Shown here: in pieces, positions 1 through 9,362 of the stretch
How the letters are laid out: each line of letters begins with the position of its first letter
Position numbering within the stretch: position 1 is the first letter of the stretch
NCBI GenBank assembly: GCA_963816575.1
Contig: CAWFLH010000008.1
Coordinates: 91,089 to 131,088 of the forward strand
Source: an uncultured Acidobacteriaceae bacterium
GTDB taxonomy: Bacteria; Acidobacteriota; Terriglobia; Terriglobales; Acidobacteriaceae
Reading direction: 5' to 3'
DNA: 40,000 nucleotides
Notes under the pieces: generated by a model
What the model was told of the DNA's origin: nothing
Databases searched by the model: none
The model's input: the letters and a program-made list of their open reading frames with translations, nothing else
Made by a program: the position numbers and the translations under genes

Positions 1-3000
1 CCAGAGACCTCCATAACCTCAAACACGGTACAGGACGTGGGCGCGAGCGCGCTATCGCCCTCGGGCGATCTGAATCCCGGCACCATCTCCATCCACGGCC
101 AGCGCGAATTCGCCAACGCTTTCATCGTGAACGGCAGCGACTCCGAAGAAGACGTGAACATGGGGACGGCGATCATTCCCAACCTCGACTCCATCGCCGA
201 GTTCCGGATTCTTACCAGCAACTTCGACGCGGAGTACGGTGAATTCAGCGGAGGACAGATCAACGTCATTACCAAGTCCGGCAGCAACGCATTTCACGGA
301 GATCTCTTCGAGTTCCTCCGCAATACCGATCTGGACGCACGCAATTACTTTTCCCCTACGCGCGGAACCTTCATCCAAAACCAGTTCGGCGGAACTTTCG
401 GCGGCCCCATCCGGCACGACAAGATCTTCTTCTTTTCCGATTATCAGGGAACCCGTCAGACGCTGGGAGTGGATACCGGATTGATCCCGGTGCCTTCGAC
501 CGCAGACCGGAGCGGAGATCTATCGGACCAGGCCAGTTCCTTTTACACGACGCAGATCGTCAATGGGCAGCCGGTTGTAGTGCCCACGGTAGTCAGCGGT
601 CAGACCTGGGCTGCAACGCTGTCTCAAGCTTTCGCCTATCCGACGCCAATTTATCCGGACGAGCCCTACTATTTTCCCGGGTGCACCAACACGAACTACT
701 CACCGGGCGTCAGCACTAACGCCTGCGTGCTTCCTACGCTGCAGATTCCGAGCACTGCCTGGTCCGCGCCCGCCAAGCAGTTGTTGCAATACATTCCAGC
801 GCCGAATGCTTCCGGCAGTGAATTTGCAACCTCCGCTCAAAACCAGACGCTGCGCGACGACAAAGGATCCGTGCGCCTCGACGCCAACACGGGCTGGGGA
901 CTGATCTCCGGCTACTATTTTATCGACGATTACTCGCTGGACAACCCTTATCCGGTCGCCCAGGGCGGAGCCAGCGTGCCCGGTTTCAACGCGCTGTATC
1001 TGGGCCGGGCGCAACTATTCAGCATCGGCGATACCAAAACGCTGAACCCGACGTCAGTCAACGAGGTTCATTTCAGCTACCTGCGGGCGTACAACGACCT
1101 GGGCAAACCGCAAGGCGGGCTCGGAGTCAGCCTGGTATCGCAGGGTTTCGTCACGCCCTCGGGAACGCCTACCATTGTGGCTCTCGCTCCGCAAAACGAA
1201 GGAGTGGAAAATCTGGTCTTCAACAACTTCTCCACCGGTACGAACACAAATGAACTGAAGCAGGCGAACAACACTTTCCAACTGCTCGACAACTTTTCGA
1301 AGGTTGTGGGACGTCACACCATGAAATTCGGCGGCGAGTTCCACTACGACCAGGTCAACGTGAATCCCATAGCCCAGTTCAATGGCAACTTTCTGTTTAC
1401 CGGAAGCGAGACCGGCCTCGACTTCGCCGATTTCCTGCTGGGCATTCCCAGCCAGTACAACCAGAGTCAACTGAATCCTTTCTATGGCCGAAACAAGTAC
1501 GCCGGCATCTTCGCGCAGGATAGTTGGCACGTAAAGTCGAACCTCACTCTCAACTTCGGCTTGCGCTGGGACCGCATCGAGCCCTGGTATGAAAAGTACA
1601 ATCAGATTTCAACCACCGAACCCGGCAAACAGTCGGTGGTGTTCCCGGGCGCGCCGGTAGGGATCTTGTACCCCACTGATCCCGGAGTGCGGCGCACGCT
1701 GGCACCCCCCGGCGACGAATTCTCGCCGCGCCTCGGACTCGCCTATTCGCCCGACGTACCGGCGGACACTTTCCTGGGCAAGGTCTTAGGCGGTCCCGGC
1801 AAAACCAGTCTTCGGGCCGGCTTCGGAATGTATTACACCTCGATCGAAGCACTCACCATCGGGGTGCTGGCGGCAAATGCTCCCTACGGAACCACTTATA
1901 GCAGCCCCGCGCCTCCCCTGTTTTACAACCCATTCGTGACTGCTTCCAATGGCGATACCAAGGGCCAGTATTTCCCCGTCAAGTTCGCGCCGTTGAACTC
2001 TTCCGCCAGCCATCCCGATTCGAGCGTTGACTGGACGCAATATGTTCCCATCACCGGCATTCCGGCATATCCCGTCAGCAATCGCATTCCGTACACCGAG
2101 CAATTCATGTTCTCGATCGAGCGCCAACTTGGGAACAATACGGTGGTCAGCGCGAGCTATGTGGGCAATCAGTCCCATCGCCTGCTGGTGCTGGTGGAAT
2201 CTAATCCCGGCGACCCCGAACTGTGCCTCAGCTTGCCTGGCTGCGGACCTTTTACAGAAACGGAAAGTGGAACCCGCGGACCTCTGGGCTTGAATTTCGG
2301 CAGCGATACCAACCAGTCCACTACCGGCAATTCCAACTATAACGGTATGGAACTCAGTCTCCGCCACACCAGCAACCGCTTGCAATTGTTCGCCAGCTAT
2401 ACCTACAGCAAATCCATCGATCAATCCTCGAATGTCGGCGAACAGGTCAACCCCATTGATCCCTCGCTGAGCCGCGCTTTGTCGTCTTTCGATGTGAAGC
2501 ACAACTTCGTGGTGAGCTATGCCTACGAGCTTCCCTTGGAACATCTGTTCGGCGTTTCCAACCGCTGGACGAAGGGTTGGACGATTTCCGGCATTACCCG
2601 CTTCAGCAGTGGTTTTCCGGTGACGCTTCTCAACTACGGCGACAATTCCCTGCTCGGAGCCGAGCCGAACGGTATCAACAACTACGGCGTTGATGAGCCG
2701 GAATACGTTCCCGGACCCCTCGAGCTGAATTCGAATCCGCGCAATGGGAGATCGTACTTCAACACTTCGCTGTTCAGCCTTCAGCCACTGGGAGAGCCCG
2801 GCAACGCCAAGCGCCGTTTCTTTTACGGACCGGGCATCGACAACTACGACATGGCGTTACAGAAGAGCGTGCCGCTCACGGAGTCGAAGTCCCTTCAATT
2901 CCGTTTCGAAGGATTCAACGTTTTTAACCACGCCCAGTTCTATGGACCGGCATCCGTGAATGGCAACATCAACGACAGCTTGTCGTTTGGAAAGGTGGTC

Positions 3001-3051
3001 AGCGCGGCCTCTCCACGTCTGATGCAGGCTGCGATCAAGTTCATTTTCTAG
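1..3051 (+). CDS. TonB-dependent receptor-like outer-membrane beta-barrel protein (5' partial, continues upstream of the window)
   Basis: The frame is open from nt 1; track ORF 37..3051 starts at an internal GTG. It has the FDAEYGEFSGGQINVITKSGSNAFHG motif typical of CarboxypepD_reg/TonB-dependent receptors and a long Gly/Asn/Tyr/Ser-rich beta-strand region. It also has NRLQLFASYTYSKSID and a C-terminal ...AAIKFIF with terminal Phe, as in OM barrels. Confidence 0.85.
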   Translation, partial: PETSITSNTVQDVGASALSPSGDLNPGTISIHGQREFANAFIVNGSDSEEDVNMGTAIIPNLDSIAEFRILTSNFDAEYGEFSGGQINVITKSGSNAFHGDLFEFLRNTDLDARNYFSPTRGTFIQNQFGGTFGGPIRHDKIFFFSDYQGTRQTLGVDTGLIPVPSTADRSGDLSDQASSFYTTQIVNGQPVVVPTVVSGQTWAATLSQAFAYPTPIYPDEPYYFPGCTNTNYSPGVSTNACVLPTLQIPSTAWSAPAKQLLQYIPAPNASGSEFATSAQNQTLRDDKGSVRLDANTGWGLISGYYFIDDYSLDNPYPVAQGGASVPGFNALYLGRAQLFSIGDTKTLNPTSVNEVHFSYLRAYNDLGKPQGGLGVSLVSQGFVTPSGTPTIVALAPQNEGVENLVFNNFSTGTNTNELKQANNTFQLLDNFSKVVGRHTMKFGGEFHYDQVNVNPIAQFNGNFLFTGSETGLDFADFLLGIPSQYNQSQLNPFYGRNKYAGIFAQDSWHVKSNLTLNFGLRWDRIEPWYEKYNQISTTEPGKQSVVFPGAPVGILYPTDPGVRRTLAPPGDEFSPRLGLAYSPDVPADTFLGKVLGGPGKTSLRAGFGMYYTSIEALTIGVLAANAPYGTTYSSPAPPLFYNPFVTASNGDTKGQYFPVKFAPLNSSASHPDSSVDWTQYVPITGIPAYPVSNRIPYTEQFMFSIERQLGNNTVVSASYVGNQSHRLLVLVESNPGDPELCLSLPGCGPFTETESGTRGPLGLNFGSDTNQSTTGNSNYNGMELSLRHTSNRLQLFASYTYSKSIDQSSNVGEQVNPIDPSLSRALSSFDVKHNFVVSYAYELPLEHLFGVSNRWTKGWTISGITRFSSGFPVTLLNYGDNSLLGAEPNGINNYGVDEPEYVPGPLELNSNPRNGRSYFNTSLFSLQPLGEPGNAKRRFFYGPGIDNYDMALQKSVPLTESKSLQFRFEGFNVFNHAQFYGPASVNGNINDSLSFGKVVSAASPRLMQAAIKFIF

Positions 3052-3149
3052 GCGGACTACAGTAGGGCATAAAGGCCGGTGGGCAGGTGGTGCTGCAGGC
3101 GTTCCCGCGCCGGAGCGAGGCTAGAGACTTTTTTCTTTCTGCAAAAGGC

Positions 3150-3214
3150 TTGACAGTGGCCCGTTTCCGCCGTATGTTAACGCTATATTACACAGTAAGT
3201 CGATTGACTTACTG
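3150..3214 (+). promoter_or_regulatory. Putative sigma70-type promoter plus palindromic operator upstream of the phosphatase/sulfotransferase genes
   Basis: TTGACA (3150-3155), a 17-nt spacer, then TATGTT (3173-3178). This is followed by the near-perfect 22-bp palindrome CAGTAAGTCGATTGACTTACTG (3193-3214), about 100 nt before the ATG at 3311. Confidence 0.4.
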
Positions 3215-3310
3215 ATGTATGTCCCCCCGCTTCTCCCAGCGGTTCAGACGGGATTTTGGATCAACCCCTTCCCTCTGGCGGGTGAACTTCGAATCAGGAG
3301 CCTCTACAGA

Positions 3311-3982
3311 ATGGGAAAGCTAATTCTTGTGCGCCATGGACATACCAGCCTCAACGTGCCCGGCCGAGACGAGCGCCTGCGCGGCTGGCTTGATCTTCCG
3401 CTCGACGATCAAGGTTTGAAGGAAGCATGCGAAACCGCCGAACGTTTGGCGGATTATCCAGTCGAAGCGATCTACTCCTCCGACTTGCGTCGCGCCCGCC
3501 AAACCGCCGAGGTGTTGAGGCGCCGCACCCACACGCATCGAGTGACGACCACGAAAGAACTACGGCCGTGGAATCTGGGAGTATTTTGTGGTCAGAGGGT
3601 GATGGACATTCTTCCCTTTCTCAACCTATTGAATCAACACCCCGACCTCGTTGCCCCCAGCGGTGAGTCCTTCTACCAGTTCTATGGACGTTACTCACGC
3701 CGTTTGACGGACCTGATGAATCTGGCGTCGGAGGCCGAGGGATGCATTCTGGCTGTAACTCACGTGCGAAATGTTCTGGCCTCGCAGACGATCATTGAGC
3801 AGGGCGACCGGGACCGGGTTCCGGTTCGCGGGGGGCCACCGACTGGAACGCTCATCGTTGTAGAAAAACGAGACGGGGTTTGGCAGATGAAAACTGACGA
3901 CGGCAGACCCTCGCTGGTTGCGAGGCCGCGCATGACACAGGTTATTGCCGGGAGCGAAGTGGCGCAAGAGAGGCACGCATGA
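3311..3982 (+). CDS. Histidine phosphatase family protein (phosphoglycerate-mutase-like)
   Basis: Track ORF 3215..3982, trimmed to ATG 3311, which is preceded by AGGAG (3296-3300). It has the N-terminal catalytic RHG motif (KLILVRHGHTSLN), a SSDLRRARQTAE segment and a second His region (LAVTHVRNV). Confidence 0.85.
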   Translation: MGKLILVRHGHTSLNVPGRDERLRGWLDLPLDDQGLKEACETAERLADYPVEAIYSSDLRRARQTAEVLRRRTHTHRVTTTKELRPWNLGVFCGQRVMDILPFLNLLNQHPDLVAPSGESFYQFYGRYSRRLTDLMNLASEAEGCILAVTHVRNVLASQTIIEQGDRDRVPVRGGPPTGTLIVVEKRDGVWQMKTDDGRPSLVARPRMTQVIAGSEVAQERHA

Positions 3983-4965
3983 TGTCTTATCGAGCAATAC
4001 GGGCTCGGGCGGCGCGGGCCGGCTTGCATGCGCCGGTGGCGTGGCTTCGACATTTCGGCCTTGACTCGAGCGATGTGATGATTGCATCGCATGGCCGGTC
4101 GGGCAGCACGCTGTTGCGGTTTGTTCTGGGAGAAATCCTGAGCGGCGTTCCCTCGACGTTTGACACGATTCAGCGAATCGTCCCTGAAATGGGGCTGCAT
4201 GGTCACGCCATTCCCATAGTCCCCAGGGGTGGACGGCTCATCAAGACGCACGAGCCTTTCCGTCGCGAGTACAAGCGCGCCATCTACATGGTTCGCGATG
4301 TGAGGGACGCAATGCTGTCATTTTTCGCGCGCGAAACGGCGGTGGACTGTATTCATACCGACCTGGATAACTATGTCCGGCCCTTTATGCAAGGCAAGAT
4401 GTCTCATTATGGCCCCTGGCAGGCGCACGTTGACAGCTGGATTAACTCTCCTCTCGCCCAACGCGGGGACCTCCTGATCCTGCGCTTCGAAGATATGCGA
4501 AAAGATCTTGAGGGCTCGGTCGCGCGTTGCCTGGAATTTGTTGGCAAGCAGGTGGATCCGGCCATTATTCAAGCCGCGATTCGCAACAACACTTTGGAGA
4601 GAATGCGCGCCAAGGAAGATCAGGCGAAAAAACTTCCCAAGGTTGCCGGAGAAGAAGGACGGCAGGTCGGCAAAGGTACGATTGAAGGTTGGCGCCAGAG
4701 GCTGACAGAGCAGCAACTCGAGATAGTCGAGGAATTTGCCGGGGATACGCTGGCACGTCTCAATTATCCGAGCGGGCTCAGCAATCGTTCGGCAGAGCGA
4801 AAGCCGACAGGGACACTGCACAGGTCGCACCTTCCGAACATCCGGGTACAGCCGGCGAGAACCATTAGCGCAAGGAGCATGGTGCAGGACTCAGCTACCA
4901 GCCGAGCTTTCCGCATCCGGGTTGGTGGAGAGATCGCGAATTTCTTTTGCTGGTATCAGTACTGA
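3979..4965 (+). CDS. Sulfotransferase family protein
   Basis: Its start overlaps the upstream stop (ATGATG/ATGA at 3979-3982). It has a PAPS 5'-phosphosulfate-binding-loop-like ASHGRSGSTLLR and a 3'-phosphate-binding-like YMVRDVRDAMLSFF. The last ~80 aa look low-complexity and non-conserved. Confidence 0.8.
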   Translation: MMSYRAIRARAARAGLHAPVAWLRHFGLDSSDVMIASHGRSGSTLLRFVLGEILSGVPSTFDTIQRIVPEMGLHGHAIPIVPRGGRLIKTHEPFRREYKRAIYMVRDVRDAMLSFFARETAVDCIHTDLDNYVRPFMQGKMSHYGPWQAHVDSWINSPLAQRGDLLILRFEDMRKDLEGSVARCLEFVGKQVDPAIIQAAIRNNTLERMRAKEDQAKKLPKVAGEEGRQVGKGTIEGWRQRLTEQQLEIVEEFAGDTLARLNYPSGLSNRSAERKPTGTLHRSHLPNIRVQPARTISARSMVQDSATSRAFRIRVGGEIANFFCWYQY

Positions 4966-5046
4966 AAGTCGCGGAAGCAGGCTGCGGGCGCCTTACCGGC
5001 AGTCGCTGGTCTTGTTGCCCTCCGTGGGCAGCGCAATCGAGGCCGT

Positions 5047-6099
5047 ATGATTTTTCCGTTTGACATGATTTTTCCGTTTAGAGAGATTGACTACTACCTT
5101 TTTGGGGTGGGGGCGGGAATCCGTAATCTATTGGGAAACAGTTTCTCGATTGGATTGCGCAAGACAGTTGGAAAAATTTCCCAGCCAATCAGTTCGTACA
5201 CCCGCTTTCCCGAATACTACTGCATGGATCGGGCAATCACTGAGTACGTCGGCGAGAGCAGGGGTTCCAAGCCGGCACGGATCCTTGATATTGGCAGCCC
5301 CAAGTGTTTTGGTCTGTATTTAGCCGATAAGCTGGAAGTGGAAGTCGAGATGACGGATGTAAGCCGGCTGAATTTGGATGAATACTCCCTGATGTCGAAG
5401 AGCCTCGCAGCCAGGGCCAAGGGACATGTTCATTTCTCTACCCAAGATGCGCGCGCTCTCGACTACGAAGACTCCACATTTGACATTGTCTATTCGATGT
5501 CGGTTATCGAACACATTGAGGGTGAGCAGGGAGATTCTGAGAGCATTCGGGAGATGGTTCGCGTGCTCAAACCGGGAGGGCTACTTCTGCTTAGTGTGCC
5601 TTTCGGAAAGAAGTATGTGGAGCAACTGCGGAGAGGATTTGCGCATGCTGTGGAGAAGACAAGAGACCAGTCTCTTTACTTTTTCCAACGAATCTATGAT
5701 CGGACTGCCCTTGAAAACCGGATCTTGTCAGCCTTGGGAGGGCTTCAAGTGCGTTCGGAGTGGACTATCTGGCGGGAAAGCAATCTTCCCGTGCGAGCAT
5801 TCAAGGAGCTAGGAGAGAACGCTCAAGGGCTGTTAGGCTTTCTGAACCCCCTGCTGTCTCGCTGGTGCAATCGGTGCGCAAGCGGCGTAGTGGATGATAT
5901 CCCCAGCCGCTATGGAGAGATTCATTCGGCGACGGATTCTTATGGCGATTTCGTGTTTGTCGGCGAAAAGAGAAGCCATCGCTTAGATCAGCTGGCGACT
6001 GCGCCCGCAGGCGTTCCAGCAGTTCCCGGCAGCCGGCTTACACCTAAATCCAGCAAGGGCAAACGCACGGGAAACTGGGTATTTGGTTACCGCAGCTAG
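5047..6099 (+). CDS. Class I SAM-dependent methyltransferase
   Basis: Motif I-like ARILDIGSPKCFG, an acidic residue after beta-2 (VEMTDV), FDIVYSMSVIEHIE and VLKPGGLLLLSVPFG. The 5' end carries an 18-bp tandem duplication, so the true start could be ATG 5047 or ATG 5065. Confidence 0.8.
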   Translation: MIFPFDMIFPFREIDYYLFGVGAGIRNLLGNSFSIGLRKTVGKISQPISSYTRFPEYYCMDRAITEYVGESRGSKPARILDIGSPKCFGLYLADKLEVEVEMTDVSRLNLDEYSLMSKSLAARAKGHVHFSTQDARALDYEDSTFDIVYSMSVIEHIEGEQGDSESIREMVRVLKPGGLLLLSVPFGKKYVEQLRRGFAHAVEKTRDQSLYFFQRIYDRTALENRILSALGGLQVRSEWTIWRESNLPVRAFKELGENAQGLLGFLNPLLSRWCNRCASGVVDDIPSRYGEIHSATDSYGDFVFVGEKRSHRLDQLATAPAGVPAVPGSRLTPKSSKGKRTGNWVFGYRS

Positions 6100-6180
6100 C
6101 GGGGCTGCCGTCTGATCGTCCGTTTGTAACTTCACGCCACAGGATCTTCGCAACCGGATTTTCGTTCAATCGGCGGTTCC

Positions 6181-9117
6181 CTACTGCAGTTTCGCGTATT
6201 CTGCCTTGGCTTCGACGAGGATAGGGATGCCGGGGTCGGCGTCTTTCCAGAGAGTGAGAAAATCCTGGTATGCGGCTTTGGCTTTGGCGGTGTCGCCGGA
6301 GATGACGTAGGCGCGGCCGAGTTGGAGATGGGCGAGAGAGCCGAGCAGGAAGTTTTGGATTACTCCGGGATGGTCGGGGAATTTCTGGAATTCCGCGGCA
6401 GCGGCTGGACCGTTCTTTTGGGCGAGGTATGCCAGACCGCGAAGGTAGGCGGGATACATGGAGATTCCCGGTGGAGGCGCGCCGAGTTCGTAGGGCAGGG
6501 AGGGTTCGAGGGCGATGATGGCGCGGTCGGGCGCTTGTTGAGCCAACGCGAGAGAGGCCTCGATCACGGGGAACCAATACACCTTTAGATATGTGTTGCT
6601 GGGCTCGGACTTTTGAAGAGCATCGAGGATGGCTTTCGATTGCGAAGTTTCGCCGGTCCGGGCCAGGGCGACGGCGGCGATGACTTTCACATCGCGGCCG
6701 GGAGCAAGCGCCAAAGCGCGGCCTACGGCCTGGCGGGCTCCGGTGGCGTTGCCGACTTCGGCCTCGCGGACCGCCTGGAATGCGATCCACTGAGCGCCGG
6801 TTTCTTTGGCGTCGGAGCGCACGGCGGAATCAGCGGCGCGGCGGGCGAGGTCGCGGGCTTTTTCCATGCGGCCATAGTAGGCTTGCGTATCGGCGTGGGT
6901 GGTGAGCAACTGGTCTTCTTCGCCGGGACGGCCAGCTCCCCAGGCCACCTGGCGTTCCATCTCCGCCGCATCCCCAGACAGAAATGCCAAAGAATAAAGA
7001 TCGCCGCGAAGAGTGAGCCCATCGAAATTTTTCTGGTGGGCTTCTGCCAGAGTCTGACGGGCTTCTTTCAAGCGATTGAGGTTGATGTAGGTGCCGGCCA
7101 GGTTTCCGTAGCCGACAATTGTGGGTTCCAACTGCTGCTCCAATTCGGTTTCCACGATCGCTTTGTCATATTGGCCGAGAGCGGAGTAGATATAGGCGAG
7201 ATTGCCGTGAGGGACCTGGTCCCGGGGATAGCTTTTCGCCCAGAGTTCGTAGGCCTCGGTGGCCTTTTCGACTTCTCCGGTGACGTATTGGAAATAGAAA
7301 GCGGAGATGCGGTAGCGCTCGCGCTCACTGACACGGTCGCGCAGGTCGTAAGCTCTCTTGGCATTTTCGGCAGCGAGGCTGGCGCGTCCGAGATTGGCGT
7401 ACTCGACGGCGAGGCCAACGTAAGCCATGGCGAAGTTGGGGTCGAGCTCGATGGCGCGCTTCATGAACGGAATGGCTTCGGCGTCGCCCTTGGTGCGTCC
7501 GGTCGTGATGCCCATGCTGTAGGCCTTGAGGGCTTCGAGCGAGGGAGTCGTGGCTTCGACGGGCACATCGAACTTCTGCACTGAGGCGAGCGATTCGCCT
7601 AGTTTGGTGCGCAGGCTGGCTGCGGCCTTACTTAGTGCCTTGAGCACATCCTGCTTGCTGGCTGCTTCTTCCTGTTCCTTGGCGAGGGTGTCTCCGTTGC
7701 TGCAACCTACGGCATCTACGCCGAGCACGTACTGGCTGCCCAGGTTTGAAACGGATCCCAACACGATGGCCTTGCTGCCGGTCCGCACACAGAGTTCTCT
7801 GGCCACGTCTGGGGTGATGTGAGTGCCGGGTTGACTGCCCATAAGGCGCAAGGTTTCGCCGACCTTGCGATCGGAAAGGATGTTGATGAAGGGAGATTGT
7901 CCGAGTTGAACGGCGAGGGCTTGCTTGAGTGCGTCGTCGAAGACAGGGTCTCCGGTTTTGTTGTCGAAGTCGGCGAGGACTACGGTGTCTTTTTCGGTTA
8001 AGGTCGCGACGGGCGTGGCAGGGGTGGCGGAACGCGAGCGCCAGTAGAGGCCAGCGGCGATGAGAGCGACGACGAGCACCGCAGCTGGAACCAGGATTTT
8101 CCAGCGGGCCGTCGCCGGTGATGACCCTGCCGCTGAGGTCTGGCCCGAAGAAACTGAAGTTTGCGGCTTGCTGGTCGATGCGGCTGAGGTCGCGGCCGCG
8201 GTGCCGGTTAGGGGATGGCTGGCGTCGTCTGCGGCGGCCGGAATCCCGGACTTACTCGATTCGATTTCGCGCTTGAGGCGTTTCAGGTCGGCGCGCATTT
8301 CCGCCGCAACCTGATAGCGAAGCTCACGGTCTTTCTCCAAGGCCTTGGTGACGATCTCTTCCAGCTTGGGCGGAAGATCGGGGTTCAGGCGCGCGGCGGG
8401 AACGGGTGTTTTATGAAGGATGGAGTCGAACAAGTCGGTGGTGGTGGCGCCGCGGAAGGGCAACTGGCCGGTGGCCATTTCGTACAAGACCGCTCCGAAA
8501 GAAAAGAGGTCGGTCCGGGTGTCGAGCTCGCGGCCGCGGGCCTGCTCGGGAGACATGTAGGCGGCGGTGCCGACCGCGGTGCCCGGACTGGTCAAGTGTT
8601 CGACGGCCTGGGTTCGCGTAGCCTCATTCTGTCCAGTGGCGGGCGATGAGGTGACCTTCGCCAGGCCGAAATCCAGCACCTTGGCGTTGCCGCGCTCGGT
8701 TACGAAGATGTTGGCGGGCTTGATGTCACGGTGCACGATGCCCTTGGCGTGCGCGGAATCGAGCGCGTCGGCGATCTGGATGGCGAGGGAAAGCAGAGTG
8801 TCTAACTCGATCGGCCGAGCACCGATGAGGTGCTTGAGGGTCTGGCCATCGAGAAACTCCATGGCGATGAAGGCCTGGCCGTCTTCCTCGCCGATATCGT
8901 GAATGGTGCAGATGTTGGGATGGTTCAGGGCGGATGCGGACTGGGCTTCGCGTTGAAAGCGGGCGAGCGCTTGCGGGTCGCGGGCAACTTCGTCCGGAAG
9001 GAATTTCAAGGCGACGAAGCGACGCAGGCGCATGTCTTCGGCTTTGTAAACCACGCCCATGCCGCCGCCGCCAAGTTTCTCGATGATGCGATAGTGGGAA
9101 ATGGTTTGGCCGATCAT
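6181..9117 (-). CDS. Serine/threonine protein kinase with a transmembrane segment and a C-terminal TPR-repeat domain
   Basis: 978-aa ORF. It has a glycine loop ([11 protein letters not shown]), VALKFL, the catalytic loop [16 protein letters not shown] and YMSPEQ. A hydrophobic TM segment ([21 protein letters not shown]) is followed by multiple TPR-like A/Y/L repeats. Antisense ORFs on the plus strand are GC-rich shadow frames. Confidence 0.9.
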   Translation of the reverse strand: MIGQTISHYRIIEKLGGGGMGVVYKAEDMRLRRFVALKFLPDEVARDPQALARFQREAQSASALNHPNICTIHDIGEEDGQAFIAMEFLDGQTLKHLIGARPIELDTLLSLAIQIADALDSAHAKGIVHRDIKPANIFVTERGNAKVLDFGLAKVTSSPATGQNEATRTQAVEHLTSPGTAVGTAAYMSPEQARGRELDTRTDLFSFGAVLYEMATGQLPFRGATTTDLFDSILHKTPVPAARLNPDLPPKLEEIVTKALEKDRELRYQVAAEMRADLKRLKREIESSKSGIPAAADDASHPLTGTAAATSAASTSKPQTSVSSGQTSAAGSSPATARWKILVPAAVLVVALIAAGLYWRSRSATPATPVATLTEKDTVVLADFDNKTGDPVFDDALKQALAVQLGQSPFINILSDRKVGETLRLMGSQPGTHITPDVARELCVRTGSKAIVLGSVSNLGSQYVLGVDAVGCSNGDTLAKEQEEAASKQDVLKALSKAAASLRTKLGESLASVQKFDVPVEATTPSLEALKAYSMGITTGRTKGDAEAIPFMKRAIELDPNFAMAYVGLAVEYANLGRASLAAENAKRAYDLRDRVSERERYRISAFYFQYVTGEVEKATEAYELWAKSYPRDQVPHGNLAYIYSALGQYDKAIVETELEQQLEPTIVGYGNLAGTYINLNRLKEARQTLAEAHQKNFDGLTLRGDLYSLAFLSGDAAEMERQVAWGAGRPGEEDQLLTTHADTQAYYGRMEKARDLARRAADSAVRSDAKETGAQWIAFQAVREAEVGNATGARQAVGRALALAPGRDVKVIAAVALARTGETSQSKAILDALQKSEPSNTYLKVYWFPVIEASLALAQQAPDRAIIALEPSLPYELGAPPPGISMYPAYLRGLAYLAQKNGPAAAAEFQKFPDHPGVIQNFLLGSLAHLQLGRAYVISGDTAKAKAAYQDFLTLWKDADPGIPILVEAKAEYAKLQ

Positions 9118-9362
9118 TGATGAGTCGAACGCGCCTCGTCGATTACGGGAGTTGCCCAGTTTTCGGGTCGCTTCATATTACGGACGCGGCACCGGGCCCG
9201 TCAACGAATTGCGCGACCGAATGCCGACTTTTTGTATCTAACCAATTTCACTAGCCCACTTCGACCGGGGAATGCGGAAGTGTGGCATCATCTTCTTTAT
9301 CTTTTTGACCGGCAATATGCCTGGAAGTTTGCCGGGAACTTTTCCTGGAATCGGGAACGAGC

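Noticed and set aside
6044-9120. Long plus- and minus-strand ORFs overlapping the kinase gene (for example 6044..6790, 6613..7584, 8215..8649)
   Set aside because: Their Arg/Pro/Gly/Ala-rich low-complexity translations are typical of shadow frames opposite a high-G+C gene. The kinase frame has clear motifs throughout.
9320-9362. A sigma-54-type promoter in CCTGGAAGTTTGCCGGGAAC, with direct repeats CCTGGAA-N-GGGAAC occurring twice
   Set aside because: The GG-to-GC spacing is about 4 nt too short for the -24/-12 consensus. The repeat is real in the sequence, but it directly abuts the start codon and may just be RBS context.
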